Below, piece after piece: positions 38,397 through 51,029 of a stretch of 64,000 nucleotides of DNA (positions are counted from its first letter, which is position 1; each line of letters opens with the position of its first letter). The position numbers and the translations under genes were made by a program. The DNA is from Eledone cirrhosa. Lineage: Eukaryota. The stretch is from the NCBI GenBank assembly GCA_964016885.1, contig OZ024742.1:205282001-205346000 (forward strand). Direction: 5' to 3'. A model generated the notes under the pieces. The model searched no databases and was not told where the DNA came from. It saw only the letters and a list, made by a program, of their open reading frames with translations.

Positions 38397-39812
38397 TCTG
38401 TGTATGCTGTAACTACTACCATATGTCTTTTGTGTGTGTTGTGGAAATTGTAGACTCTGTAACCTGTAGTGAAGGCAACTCATCTAGGAGAGTAGACGCT
38501 CCAAATAAGAACTGATACAGTGTGGCGAGGACTCTTGAGTCCAGTAAGACAACCTGCCTAGTGATGATGCCACAAATAATGCACCCAGTCCATTCTGTAA
38601 AGTGGTTAGTGATAGGAAGGGCATCCAGCCAAAAAATGCACTTGCTATAATTATGGCAATACATTATGGAAAGCACTAGCACTAGTCTTTTGTGTATGTT
38701 GTGCAGGTTATGGAGTTGTTCTAACTACTAGCATGTATATGTCTTTTGTCTGTGTTGTGGAGTTGTAACTACTAGCATATATATGTATTTTGTTTAGGTT
38801 ATGGAATTGTTATAACTACTAGTTGTCTTGCATGGGTTGTGAAAGTTGTGGAGGTGTTGTGTGTAACTTCTAGTATATATGTCTTGTGGCACTGGTAACA
38901 TAAAACATTGTAAAGTGGTTGGTGTTGTGTTGTTGCCATGACAAAAAGCACCCAATCCACCCTGTAAAGCGGTAGAGTTGGTGTTGTGATAAAAAGAATC
39001 CAGTAAGGTGGTAGTATTGGTGTCACAACAAAAAACACCCAGTCTGCCCTGTAAAGTGGTCATGTTGGTGCTATGACAAAAAGCACCTGGTCCACCCTGT
39101 AAGGTGATAGTGCTGGAGTCACGCAAAAAAAGTACATGCTGGGAAGTGGTTGGTTTTAGGAAGGGCATCCAGCTGTAGAAACCAAGCCAAAAATGAAAAA
39201 TAGGTACTATTAAGTTAGATATGGGTGGGCCAATACTGGCCGAAACCTATCAAAGTTATAAGGAAAACATGGTCACCTGACTTGTCTAGCATCAGAATTT
39301 GACAACCCATTTAACCCATGAAAGTATGGAAAATAGATGTTAAATGATGATGATGATGATTGTGTGTGAGATGTGAAAATTGTAACTTCTAACATATGTT
39401 TTCTGAGTGTGATATGAATGTTAAGACAGTGTTTTTTTTTTTTAACTATTTCTCTGTTCTGTGTATATGTGTAGTATCTTAAGAAGAGCTTATCCCAGTT
39501 TCATTGGTGTTACTACAGCACCTCCAGGAGTTATGGGTTATGGGTTTATACATACGTCACTAACATAACAGGATTCATACTAGAAGTGCGTATGAAGGTA
39601 TGTTACAGCTATCATTGCTATGTGGGAACACCAAACACTAGTGTTTGCTGTTCTCACATGGATACTGAGATAGCCGTGACATGATCACAGCTTAAAATCT
39701 TCATAGTGTAACTTCTATATATTTATTATACATAAACATATCATATAAGCCTTCATATACATGTCTATTTCTAAATTTTAACATCTTTTTTTCATATATT
39801 TCTTGCATCTAG

Positions 39813-40038
39813 CGGCAGCTTGGTAGAAGAAGCTAACCAAAGCAATCAACCTGTGTCAGCAGATCAAAACAGTACTCAACCCACCGTAATTCCCGGAGTT
39901 GATTCCCTCATTGGTGATCTGCTCGATATGGATCTTGCTCCACCAATGCATCAACAACAACAACAAATGTATTCTGCTCAACCAGTTCCAACAGCTGGTG
40001 GGGGTATGGATATCCTGGGTGATGGACTTGACACACTA
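39813..40038 (+). CDS. AP1B1: beta-adaptin coding exon 15 (hinge, clathrin box LLDMD)
   Basis: GSLVEEANQ...SLIGDLLDMDLAPP...MDILGDGLDTL; atctag| ... |gtaagt; 226 nt. Confidence 0.9.
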
Positions 40039-40902
40039 GTAAGTGCTATTTTGATTTACCATCAGATGTAGTGTGCAAGAGAGATGAAGTTTGTGATGCA
40101 TATGGATGATGATATCTAGATTAACGAGTGCCAGGATATCCTGGTGCATGGAAATGGTAGTACAGGAAACTCTAGATAGAGGTGGTGAGAGCTGATCTCA
40201 AATTACTGAGCCTCTCAGAGATGACGGAGGAATGTAGCATGTAGAGGGATTCTGTACTGGAAAAGACCTATCAAACCCATGTAAGCATAGGAAATTTGAT
40301 GTAAAATTGTGATGTTCATCATCACAGATACAGTTAAAGTGGTTTCAGGTTCAGTCCCACTGTGTAATATCTTGGGCACTTATTTTATATTATGACCTTG
40401 GGTATACTAATGCCTTGCAAGTTAGATGGAAACTGTGTAGAAGCTCGTCATATATATGGCTGTATGTTTGTGTTTACTGTCTGTTTATATCCTGTAACTT
40501 AGCAGTTCAAAAACGAAATTGATAAATTAAGTACCACACTTGAAGCAATAAGTACTGGGGGTCAATATGATCTAAACCATGGTGGTGCTCCATCATGGCC
40601 ACAGTCAAATGACTGAAACTAATTAAACAATGAAAGAGTATCGTAATCAATATTTACATGTTTTTTTTCCATGCTGACATAGATTGGATAGGTAGTTAAA
40701 GACTTAATTGGAGCTACTGTCTTCATAGACTGGCCAGGGGCTATGTCTTGCCTACATACATTCCAGTTTTCATGTGGTGTGTCTACAGCAAAATGCCCTT
40801 CCTAATGCCACAGAGAGGATTGTTAACACAATGAAACAGTCCTTCTACTCAATGTTGTAACAATATAAATTTGAATTAACAAATTTTTTTTTTCTTTTAC
40901 AG

Positions 40903-40995
40903 TTAGGAACTGGTGTCAGTAGTGGTGATGCTTTAGGTGGTCTTGGAGATATATTTGGATTGCCAGCTACACAGTTTTATGTACCACCTCAGGAG
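40903..40995 (+). CDS. AP1B1: beta-adaptin coding exon 16 (end of hinge)
   Basis: LGTGVSSGDALGGLGDIFGLPATQFYVPPQE; ttacag| ... |gtaatt; 93 nt. Confidence 0.9.
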
Positions 40996-41039
40996 GTAAT
41001 TTTTTAATTTCTATTTTATCATACCCCCACACCCCCTGT

Positions 41040-44000
41040 ATCATCATCATCATCATCATCACCGTTTTACATCCGTTCTTCCACGCTAGCATGGGTTAGA
41101 CGGGTTGTCCTATTGTGGGCAGTGTCTGGTCGGCTGACCATGCCTTGCTCATACAGGAACTGATTTGGCTTGATTTCTACAGCTGGATGCCCTTCCTAAC
41201 ACCAACCTCATTTACAGTGAGTGCTGGGTGCTTTTTCGTGGCGCCTACATGTCCACTTTACAATGTGGGCTGGGTGCTTTTTTGCCGTGGCACCTCCACG
41301 ACCACCTTGCGGTGGGGGGGGTGGAGGCATATTGTCTATATGCTTCAGCTTGTACCCATGGGAGGTCGGGTACTGTGTATTACTGCGTGACGCCAGAGGT
41401 CACGGTCGTGTGTCATCGCCTTTGAGAGGTGTAATTGGGTAAGGTCGGCTTTTATCACCTCATCCCAGGTCATCTTGGGTCTCCCCACTCCGCGGTTTCC
41501 ATCGACTTCTAGTGCTCTGCACCTTTTTATGCAGCTGTCATCCTTCATATGCATCACATGTCCATACCAGCGCAACCGCTTCTCCTGCACACAACATTTG
41601 ATTCCTCTTATGCTCAGTCTCTCTCTCAATTCATTTATGCTTTGTCGTTCACGTATATTACTGTTACACATCCATCGGAGCATGCAGGCTTCGTTTCTCT
41701 CTAATCTACGTAAGTCTTCCACCTTCAGCGTCCAGGTCTCACTACCATGCAACATCGCTGTTCGGATACACGCATCATACAGTCTGCCTTTCATTCTGAG
41801 GGAGAAGCCTTTTGCAGCTAGCAGTGGTAGTAGTTCCCTAAACTTCTTCCATCCCGTTCTTACCCTAGTTATTGTACTTTCTGAACACCCACCTCCGCTG
41901 CTAATTCGGTCACCTAGGTAGCAGAAGCTGTCTACTGTTTCTACAGAGCCCTCCCAGAGATTGGTGGTACTTGTTTCCTGTGGCTGTTTGCTGCTTGCTG
42001 TCCCAGCACAGCTGCTGCATGTGAAGCCTACATTCTTAATTAAGCTTCTTGAGATCTCACTACATCTCTTGTGTACCCATTGTTTGCATTTGGGGCAGAG
42101 AATGGAGTTCCTACCTACACCTTTCCTACATACTGAGAAAGGCCATTTCCCTGAGGGGATCTGGGTTCTGTTTTCTCGTCTACTTACAAGGACCTTAGTC
42201 TTTGTCATGTTGACTTTGAGACCCTTTCTTTCTAGTCCCTGCTTCCAAGTTTGGAATTTATTCTCTAGTTCTACCATAGATTCAGCTATAAGTGCGAGGT
42301 CATCAGCATACAGGAGTTCCCATGGGCATCTGGTCTTAAACTCCTCTGTTATTGCCTGCAGGACTATGATGAACAGGAGGGGGCTAAGAACAGAGCCCTG
42401 GTGGACCCCAACCTGTACGCTAAATTCCTCGCTATACTCATTGCTAATCCTAACTTTGCTGACTGCTCCCCTATACATGGCTTGTACCGCTTTCACAAGC
42501 CATTCATCTACTCCTAGTTTTCTAAGAGCCCACCAGATTACAGCACGTGGAACTCTGTCAAAGGCTTTCTCAAGGTCGACAAATGCCAAGTAGAGTGGCT
42601 TACTTTTAGCTAGGTACTTTTCCTGTAACTGCCTCACAAGGAAGAGGGCATCAGTGGTGCCTCTTCCTGGTACAAACCCAAATTGCATCTCGTCTATTTT
42701 CACCCGGTCCCTCATCAACTGTGCTATAACTCTTTCTGTTACTTTCATGACCTGGTCCATCAACTTTATACCTCTATAGTTTCCTCTATCTCGTGTATCA
42801 CCTTTACCTTTGTAGCAGTTGACAATGATGCTACTGCACCAATCTTTTGGTATGACACCTTCTAGTATTACCTGGTTAACAATACGTGTGGTTATATTGT
42901 GACCTACAGACCCAGATGCCTTCAGCATCTCGGCAGCTATACCCGATGGACCGGTTGCCTTCCCCATCTTCATATCTTTGATTGCCTTACTTACTATGTT
43001 GCTGCTAACTTGTACTGCTGGCCCCTCTATAGGGTCTACTTCTTCCCATGCATTCTCCTCATTTAGTAATCTATCATAATGACTCTTCCATGCATCTTTC
43101 TTCTCAGCACTTGTGAGGGCAAGCTCACCTTTATCATTCCGGATACACTTCTCTCCAATGACATCACAACTCTCTCTGACACACTGCCTCGTAATCTTGA
43201 ACACCTCCTGTTTCTGGTCCTCACGTTGCAAAACATGCTTGAATTTTCTATCCTCTGCTTCCCTCCTAGCTAAGTATACTTGTCGCCTAGCTTCCCTCTT
43301 GGTCTCTATGTAATGTACCCTGCTCCCCCCGTTCTTCCATTCTTTCCATGCCTGTCTCTTGGCCTTAACTGTTTCATCTACCTTATTGTTCCACCACCAA
43401 GTCACTCTCCTCCTGCTTGAGGTCTTACTCCAGCCACAGACCTCATCTGTCGCCTCTAGTAAATTATTTTTGAGGAAATCCCAGTTCTCTTCTACATTGA
43501 ATGTCTCTATCTGTTCTTCTTTACTATCGTAGGCGTTGAGTAAAATATCTTTAAATCTGTTACTGGTTGAGGGGTCTTTCAGCTTCCAGATCTTTCTTCT
43601 CCAGGTTGGCCTCTGTTTCCAGGTTCGTCTAGTTCTGACCGTGAGGTCGCTGACAACTAAACTATGTTGGGATGTACATTCCTCACTAGGGAAGGCTTTT
43701 GTGTTTACGACCGTCCATCTGTCACGTCCTCTGATGAGGATAAAATCTATCTGACTGGAGTGCTCCCCTGATCTATAGGTGATCAGGTGGTTGTCGGGTT
43801 TTTTAAAGTTTGTGTTACATATCGACATGTCATTGGCGTCGCAGAATTCTAGAAGTCTGAATCCTTCCTCATTTCTTGTGCCAACCCCATGGCCTCCATG
43901 TACTCTATTGAAGCCGTCGCAGTGTTTACCTACATGTCCGTTAAAATCTCCTGCGATGATTAGGAAGTCATTGTCATCTGTTAGAGCAGTAGTGTGCATT

Positions 44001-44830
44001 AAGTACTCGTAAAACCTATCCTTAAGTTCGTCTGGCAGCCCGGATTGGGGTGTGTAAGCTGATATTATTGTGGTAATTTTTTTTATTCAGGACTAGTCTG
44101 AGTTTAATGATTCTTGCATTTACCCTGTACACTGAGATTACTTTATCTACCCACTTGTCAGCTAGTAGTATACCTACACCACCCATCCCATCATAATTTC
44201 CCACCCAGAAAAATTTGTAGCACCGACTTTTACCTACAAGGACTCTGGCAGACTCTCCTTTCCATCTAGTCTCTTGCACACAGCATACATCAATTTCCTT
44301 TCGCTTTAGCATTTCTACGATTTCTCCTGCTCTTCCTTTCATTGAGCCTACATTGATGGTACCAACTCGGAGTTTTGGGCATTTGTCGACACTCGTAGGG
44401 AAGGGTCTCTGGATTGGCGCTTCACATGGGTGCTTGGTAGCTCGCAGATTCATATTTCATCTATTGATTCAGAGTTGCTCAAATTTATTCTCAGCTCATC
44501 CATCCATAACGGTAGAAAAATTGAGGGCTAGAAGAACAGTGGTGGTGGGATAACGGCAGGGTGTGTTGGGCTGGGACAGGGGAGGAGAGAGTTAGTTAGG
44601 TAGTAGTAGTAGTAGTAGCAGAAGAAATGGCATGCTGAGGTTTGATTGGTCGAATAGGCTATGGTGGTGGGAGGGAAATTGTGAGGTAGGCACTGAGGGT
44701 CGCCATCAAGGCTAACAAACTAACCGATAGAATACCGCATGGCAAAATAGCCGATAGAATACAGCAACAATAATATTAATAATAATAGCGTCATAAGAGC
44801 TAAATACCTTCGAAAAATTTGTATGGATGG
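41040..44830 (-). mobile_element. Nearly intact RTE-clade LINE, antisense in intron 16
   Basis: ORF pieces 44453-44022 and 43999-41345 join by removing one base from the T8 run at 44077-44084. APE and RT motifs present (VQETRW, AGDFN, IDFIL, LYADD); (GAT)n tail at 41040-41060. The 5' boundary is approximate. Confidence 0.93.
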
Positions 44831-44934
44831 ATGGCTGTATAAATCACACCTTTTTCCTTGAAAATATGACAGGTAAAAAACCCAGCATGTGATTTATGTA
44901 ATGGATCTATAAAACTTCAGTTCAAAATATATTA

Positions 44935-46998
44935 TAGTACTACCTGGAGTTGCAACCAATAGATAATACTACCTGGAGTTGCAACCAATAGATAATACTA
45001 CCTGGAGTTGCAACCAATAGATAGTACTACCTGGAGTTGCAACCAATAGATAGTACTATCTGGAGTTGCAACATATAGATAATACTACCTGGAGTTGCAA
45101 CATATAGATAATACTACCTGGAGTTGCAACATATAGATAATACTACCTGGAGTTGCAACATATAGATAGTACTATCTGGAGTTGCAACATATAGATAGTA
45201 CTATCTGGAGTTGCAACATATAGATAGTACTATCTGGAGTTGCAACATATAGATAATACTATCTGGAGTTGCAACATATAGATAGTACTATCTGGAGTTG
45301 CAACATATAGATAGTACTACCTGGAGTTGCAACATATAGATAGTACTATCTGGAGTTGCAACATATAGATAATACTACCTGGAGTTGCAACATATAGATA
45401 GTACTATCTGGAGTTGCAACATATAGATAGTACTATCTGGAGTTGCAACATATAGATAGTACTATCTGGAGTTGCAACATATAGATAATACTATCTGGAG
45501 TTGCAACATATAGATAGTACTATCTGGAGTTGCAACATATAGATAGTACTACCTGGAGTTGCAACATATAGATAGTACTATCTGGAGTTGCAACATATAG
45601 ATAATACTACCTGGAGTTGCAACATATAGATAGTACTATCTGGAGTTGCAACATATAGATAGTACTATCTGGAGTTGCAACATATAGATAGTACTATCTG
45701 GAGTTGCAACATATAGATAGTACTACCTGGAGTTGCAACGTATAGATAGTACTACCTGGAGTTGCAACATATAGATAGTACTACCTGGAGTTGCAACATA
45801 TAGATAGTACTATCTGGAGTTGCAACATATAGATAGTACTATCTGGAGTTGCAACATATAGATAGTACTATCTGGAGTTGCAACATATAGATAGTACTAT
45901 CTGGAGTTGCAACATATAGATAGTACTATCTGGAGTTGCAACATATAGATAGTACTATCTGGAGTTGCAACCAATAGATAGTACTATCTGGAGTTGCAAC
46001 ATATAGATAGTACTACCTGGAGTTGCAACATATAGATAGTACTACCTGGAGTTGCAACATATAGATAGTACTATCTGGAGTTGCAACATATAGATAGTAC
46101 TATCTGGAGTTGCAACATATAGATAGTACTATCTGGAGTTGCAACATATAGATAGTACTACCTGGAGTTGCAACATATAGATAGTACTACCTGGAGTTGC
46201 AACATATAGATAGTACTACCTGGAGTTGCAACATATAGATAGTACTATCTGGAGTTGCAACATATAGATAGTACTATCTGGAGTTGCAACATATAGATAG
46301 TACTATCTGGAGTTGCAACATATAGATAATACTACCTGGAGTTGCAACATATAGATAGTACTACCTGGAGTTGCAACATATAGATAGTACTATCTGGAGT
46401 TGCAACATATAGATAGTACTATCTGGAGTTGCAACATATAGATAGTACTATCTGGAGTTGCAACATATAGATAGTACTATCTGGAGTTGCAACATATAGA
46501 TAATACTACCTGGAGTTGCAACATATAGATAGTACTACCTGGAGTTGCAACATATAGATAGTACTACCTGGAGTTGCAACATATAGATAGTACTATCTGG
46601 AGTTGCAACATATAGATAGTACTATCTGGAGTTGCAACATATAGATAGTACTATCTGGAGTTGCAACATATAGATAGTACTATCTGGAGTTGCAACCAAT
46701 AGATAGTACTATCTGGAGTTGCAACATATAGATAGTACTATCTGGAGTTGCAACATATAGATAGTACTACCTGGAGTTGCAACCAATAGATAGTACTATC
46801 TGGAGTTGCGACATATAGACAGTACTATCTGGAGTTGCAACCGATAGATAGTACTATCTGGAGTTGCAACATATAGATAGTACTATCTGGAGTTGCGACC
46901 GATAGATAGTACTATCTGGAGTTGCGACCGATAGATAGTACTATCTGGAGTTGCAACCGATAGATAGTACTATCTGGAGTTGCAACCGATAGATAGTA
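44935..46998. repeat. 29-bp minisatellite array, about 71 copies
   Basis: Unit AGTACTATCTGGAGTTGCAACATATAGAT; period checked at 45181 to 45210; few variant positions; no spacers. Confidence 0.97.
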
Positions 46999-47195
46999 TT
47001 AGCAATTGGAAAGACCAAAACTTGTTTCCATAATTTGTAGAAATGTTTGTATTTTGTACATTTTCAAGTAAAAATGTTTTATAAATATAAATGACAAAAA
47101 GGTTTTCTGTAGCAGTTAAATACTTGTATTTGTCTGCATTTCCTAGGCTGGGTTGAGTTGGCTTCAACCAATCAGCAGCATTGTGAACATTCATA

Positions 47196-47372
47196 TATGG
47201 CAGTCACAGATGTCTGGCACAGATATTGTTAGCCAGTCACAATTCCAACAGCTGTCACTGTATATGACTGTGCTATGGCAGTCGCAGATACCTAGAACAA
47301 ATAGTATCAGTCTGTCATAATTCCAACAGCTGACACTATATATGTCAGTACCATGGCAGTCATAGATGACCG
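47196..47372. repeat. diverged ~78-bp tandem repeat, about 2.3 copies
   Basis: ATGGCAGTC(A/G)CAGAT...AATTCCAACAGCTG(T/A)CACT(G/A)TATATG recurs. Confidence 0.7.
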
Positions 47373-48338
47373 ATGTAGAAACTATGTAAGCAAGGATGAG
47401 GTTTTAGCTCAAAATCCAACTTTATCATGCCAATCCATCTTTTCAATTGTTCACCTTACTGTTTAAACCTTTCCAGGAGAGACTTGTGTACGTCTGTATC
47501 ACAGATGAGTTCACTTCATGGGCAGTGGCGTGTGTGAGTAAACCAACAGAGGTACAGTTTGAGTAGGAGTTGTTGGAGAGAATTGGTCCAACTGTGATGA
47601 TGAAATTTGTCAGTTCTGTTGTATGTAATTAGTAATATATAACTAATTACTAATAACATCTTGTCTTGTTCATTTTCTTCCTTTGCTTCTTTCTTCCTAT
47701 CACTTCAGTGGGCCAACACACTTCTAGCCACTGATTTCTATCCTTTGAGGTAATTTTTACCCAATGCTGTCACCATCATCATCATCATTGTTGATTAACG
47801 TCTATCTTACACGCTAGCATGGGTTAGACGGGTTTGTCCCAATTAGAAGCAAGTTGGGTCAGGTGACCGTGTCTTGCTCATGTAGGAGAGTTTCTGGCTG
47901 GTTTTCTATGGCTGGATGCCCTTCCTAACACCAACCACGTAGACAGTGTGTGCTGGGTGCCTTTTGCCGTGTCTTTTACATGTCCATTTTACAGTGTGGG
48001 CTTGGTGTTTTGGAGCTGGTTTTCTACAGCTGGAGGGCCTTCCTAACGCCAACCACATTTACAGTGTGTGCTGGGTACTTTTTGTCGTGACACCTACATG
48101 ATTGACACCTACACATCATTGATGGCATTTTGCTGTTTTAACAGCTATTCTTTCGTTGAGTTTTTCTCATTATTCCATGAATTATAATACACTCGCGCTC
48201 CATCGCGGTCTTCGAGATAACTTTAATTTAAACTGTTTATTCTAATTTTATTGAACTTGAAAGAGAACCATTTATTCTATATTTTTAAATGTTTTCTTTT
48301 TTTTCCATTTTATATGCATGAATTTTCTTTGTTCTTAG

Positions 48339-48484
48339 GTTTGGGTTCCTGCTATCAAAGGAAAAGGTCTTGAAATTAGTGGGACATTTACTCGAAAGAA
48401 CGGTCAAATAATGATGGAAATAACTTTCACCAACAAAGCCATGCAGGCAATGACTGGATTTGCAATTCAATTCAATAAAAACAG
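48339..48484 (+). CDS. AP1B1: beta-adaptin coding exon 17 (appendage, Ig-like subdomain)
   Basis: VWVPAIKGKGLEISGTFTRKNGQIMMEITFTNKAMQAMTGFAIQFNKN; tcttag| ... |gtttga; 146 nt. Confidence 0.94.
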
Positions 48485-48487
48485 GTT

Positions 48488-48900
48488 TGAACCCTTTTAT
48501 CATATTTCTAATGAAAAACACTGCATATGTCACTAACCCTTTCATTGCCTATGAAAGATGCTATCTATGTCATTAACTCTTTCATAACCATATTTCTAAT
48601 GAAAGACACTGACTATATCATTAACCCTTTTGGTAACATATTTCTAATGAAAGATACTGTCTGTCATTAACCCTTTAAATACCATATTTCTTATGGAAAA
48701 CACTGCCTATATCATTAAGCCTTCCATTATCAATTTCTCATGAAAGACACTCTATGATTATTAAATCATTTTGCAAATAATTTGGAGAGAATTAGTATTA
48801 TAACTTTCTCATTATTAAGCTGGTGTTTGGAACATGTCTTAACAAAGGTTCTTACATAAAATTATGTTGGAAGGATTTTAGATAAATATAAACGCCTTAG
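48488..48900 (+). mobile_element. piggyBac-like MITE whose ~45-bp left end is tandemly multiplied about 6 times
   Basis: Repeated TTAACCCTTT..ACCATATTTCTAATGAAAGACACTG, then the body (TTCTCATTATTAAGCTGGTGTTTGGAAC) shared with copies at about 30865 and 59217. Confidence 0.55.
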
Positions 48901-49409
48901 TCCTTTTACCATAGTTCTGAGATTTTCTGGTAATTTTGAAGATAGAGAATTTGGAGGGATGTTGTATTATAACTAATTTTCTCATTATTAAGCTGGCATT
49001 TGGGACATAAAATAACAAAGGTTCTTACATCAGGAGGAGGGGTCCAACTGTTTATTTTGTTAAGCAACATATGGATATATCACTGAAAAATTGGTTTGAT
49101 ACAAACCATCATTGTTTTAGCATTTATTTTCCCTGCTGAAAAAGGTTGGACTGGTTTACATAGACCAAGTCAGTACTGAAAGGAGGCTACTGATCTTCCA
49201 GACAAGCTATGGATCTGCATCTCGCATTCTACTGAGTCCACAGGAGTGGTTGTTATACATTTGATACAACTGAAGTGTCTTTCCAACCCTCTGTTTGGCA
49301 AGCTTTCTATGGCTGGATGCCCTTCCTATCACCAACCACTTTACAGAGCGTACTAGGTGCATTTATCGTGTAGATCAAATTAAAAATAAAAATTATTGAA
49401 ACTCTAAAT

Positions 49410-49666
49410 CAAGCATGGGCAACCTTTTTCGAGAAGCATGAGATATGGCTCAAGCTCTAATTTACATTCGTGCCCACATTAAAAAAAAAAGGGTGGTAAC
49501 TCAGGTTGTTTTGATATGTTTCTCCAGAATTCGTACACGTTTTCCTCGATTGTATAAATGATAGAAAGATAAATTACGACTGAAAAGTTGGGGTAAAAAA
49601 AATCAGAAAGATTTCACTTAGGTGACTTAGGCAAGCCAATCAGAAAGCTTTGGTTGCCTATGACTG
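49410..49666. mobile_element. hAT-family MITE with a perfect 8-bp target-site duplication
   Basis: TIRs CAAGCATGGGCAACC / GGTTGCCTATGACTG (12/15 match); CTCTAAAT at 49402-49409 and 49667-49674. Confidence 0.8.
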
Positions 49667-49914
49667 CTCTAAATGAACACCAACAGTAGGTCATCTTTAA
49701 AAAAATATGTAATGTAACCCATGCTATATTTCTTTCATTAACATCCTGTAATTATTTAGCAGAAAACATCTAAAAACAGGTGTGTTAATTCAAATGTTTA
49801 TAGTAGCTTTACTGGTGGACAGATAATTGGGAAAATTTGCAATATTATAAGAAAAACATCAATTTATGATGTGAGGCAATTATAGTGGTGTCTTATACTT
49901 TTCAAGAACATCTT

Positions 49915-50195
49915 TCATCATCATCATCATCATCATCATCATTTTACGTCCGCTTTTCCCTGCTTGCAAGGGTGGGACGGGTCTTATTCAGCACAGCATC
50001 TCTCCACTCGTCACGGTCTCTCGTCATCTCCACCGTGAGCTTCAATGATCTGAGGTCTGTTCTCACCACCTCCGCCCATGTTTTTCGTGGTCTACCTCTA
50101 CCACGTCTTCCTTCAACTGGCATTTCCTGGCACTTCTTCACCCATCGGTCATCCTCCATGCGCATCACATGTCCATACCACCTCAGTCTCCTCTC
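49915..50195 (-). mobile_element. short 3' fragment of an RTE-clade LINE
   Basis: RWYGHVMRMEDDRWVKKCQEMPVEGRRGRGRPRKTW, (GAT)n tail. Related decayed 3' fragments at about 3830-4340(-), 9470-9960(-), 16990-17505(+), 27720-27930(+), 40070-40320(+), 57075-57420(+), 60240-60690(-), 60735-61045(+). Confidence 0.8.
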
Positions 50196-50782
50196 CCTTT
50201 CTAAAGCAATTTCATGTGGTACAAGATGTTAATGATTTGAATACTGTTTGGATTTTCTTCCTTTCTTCTGATATCAAATCATTCAATTCAGTTAATTCTG
50301 GACCTGAATGTATCAAAATAACTTGCTATTTCTTTAGATTTATAGTTTCAAGAACTTTTCAATTTGAAATTTTTTCCATGAATTAAAACCATTTTATAGC
50401 CTTATTTCTTATGAAATAGTAAGTATTTAAATTAATTAATGAAGTATTTAGAGGGATTTACTAAAATTATTATTTCGTTATTAAGATGGTATTTGTAACA
50501 TAACAAAAGGTTCTTACAATATACACACAGATTTATATACAGATATATACCATATGCATATACACACACGTGAAAAGAAACCACACTATTTCGTGTGAGA
50601 CACTATACCGGCCAATTTTACCAATTTACATTGGTAAAATATTTCTTAACATTGACCTCGCTTCTAACCCACATACACCTTTTAATTATATATATATATA
50701 TATATATACTAGCAGCTGAAAGTTAATAATTTGAAAAAAAAAATATTATTGAAAGTTTACTATAAAGAAGCAGTATCAGGAC

Positions 50783-50815
<33 letters not shown>

Positions 50816-51029
50816 ATTTCGCTGTTAATAAACAACTGCCTTCTACAGTACGTTTCATTTAACTTACGCAGCATATTTATTTGTTTACATGTAATGTAAT
50901 TCAGACTCTTCTGTACACACACAACATTTAGGAAAACGGAAACAAAATACACAAAAAAACAGACATTTTATTTCTATCGTAATCAAGTGCGCTAAACCTA
51001 TATTGTTTACATTCTGTGTTTTTCTACGG

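Noticed and set aside
44935-46998. 29-bp palindromic repeats resembling a CRISPR array
   Set aside because: Units are directly adjacent with no unique spacers, there are no cas genes, and the context is a eukaryotic intron.
50783-50811. Long poly(A) as the tail of a processed pseudogene
   Set aside because: No upstream coding similarity or target duplication; it lies in or next to the CR1 5' region.
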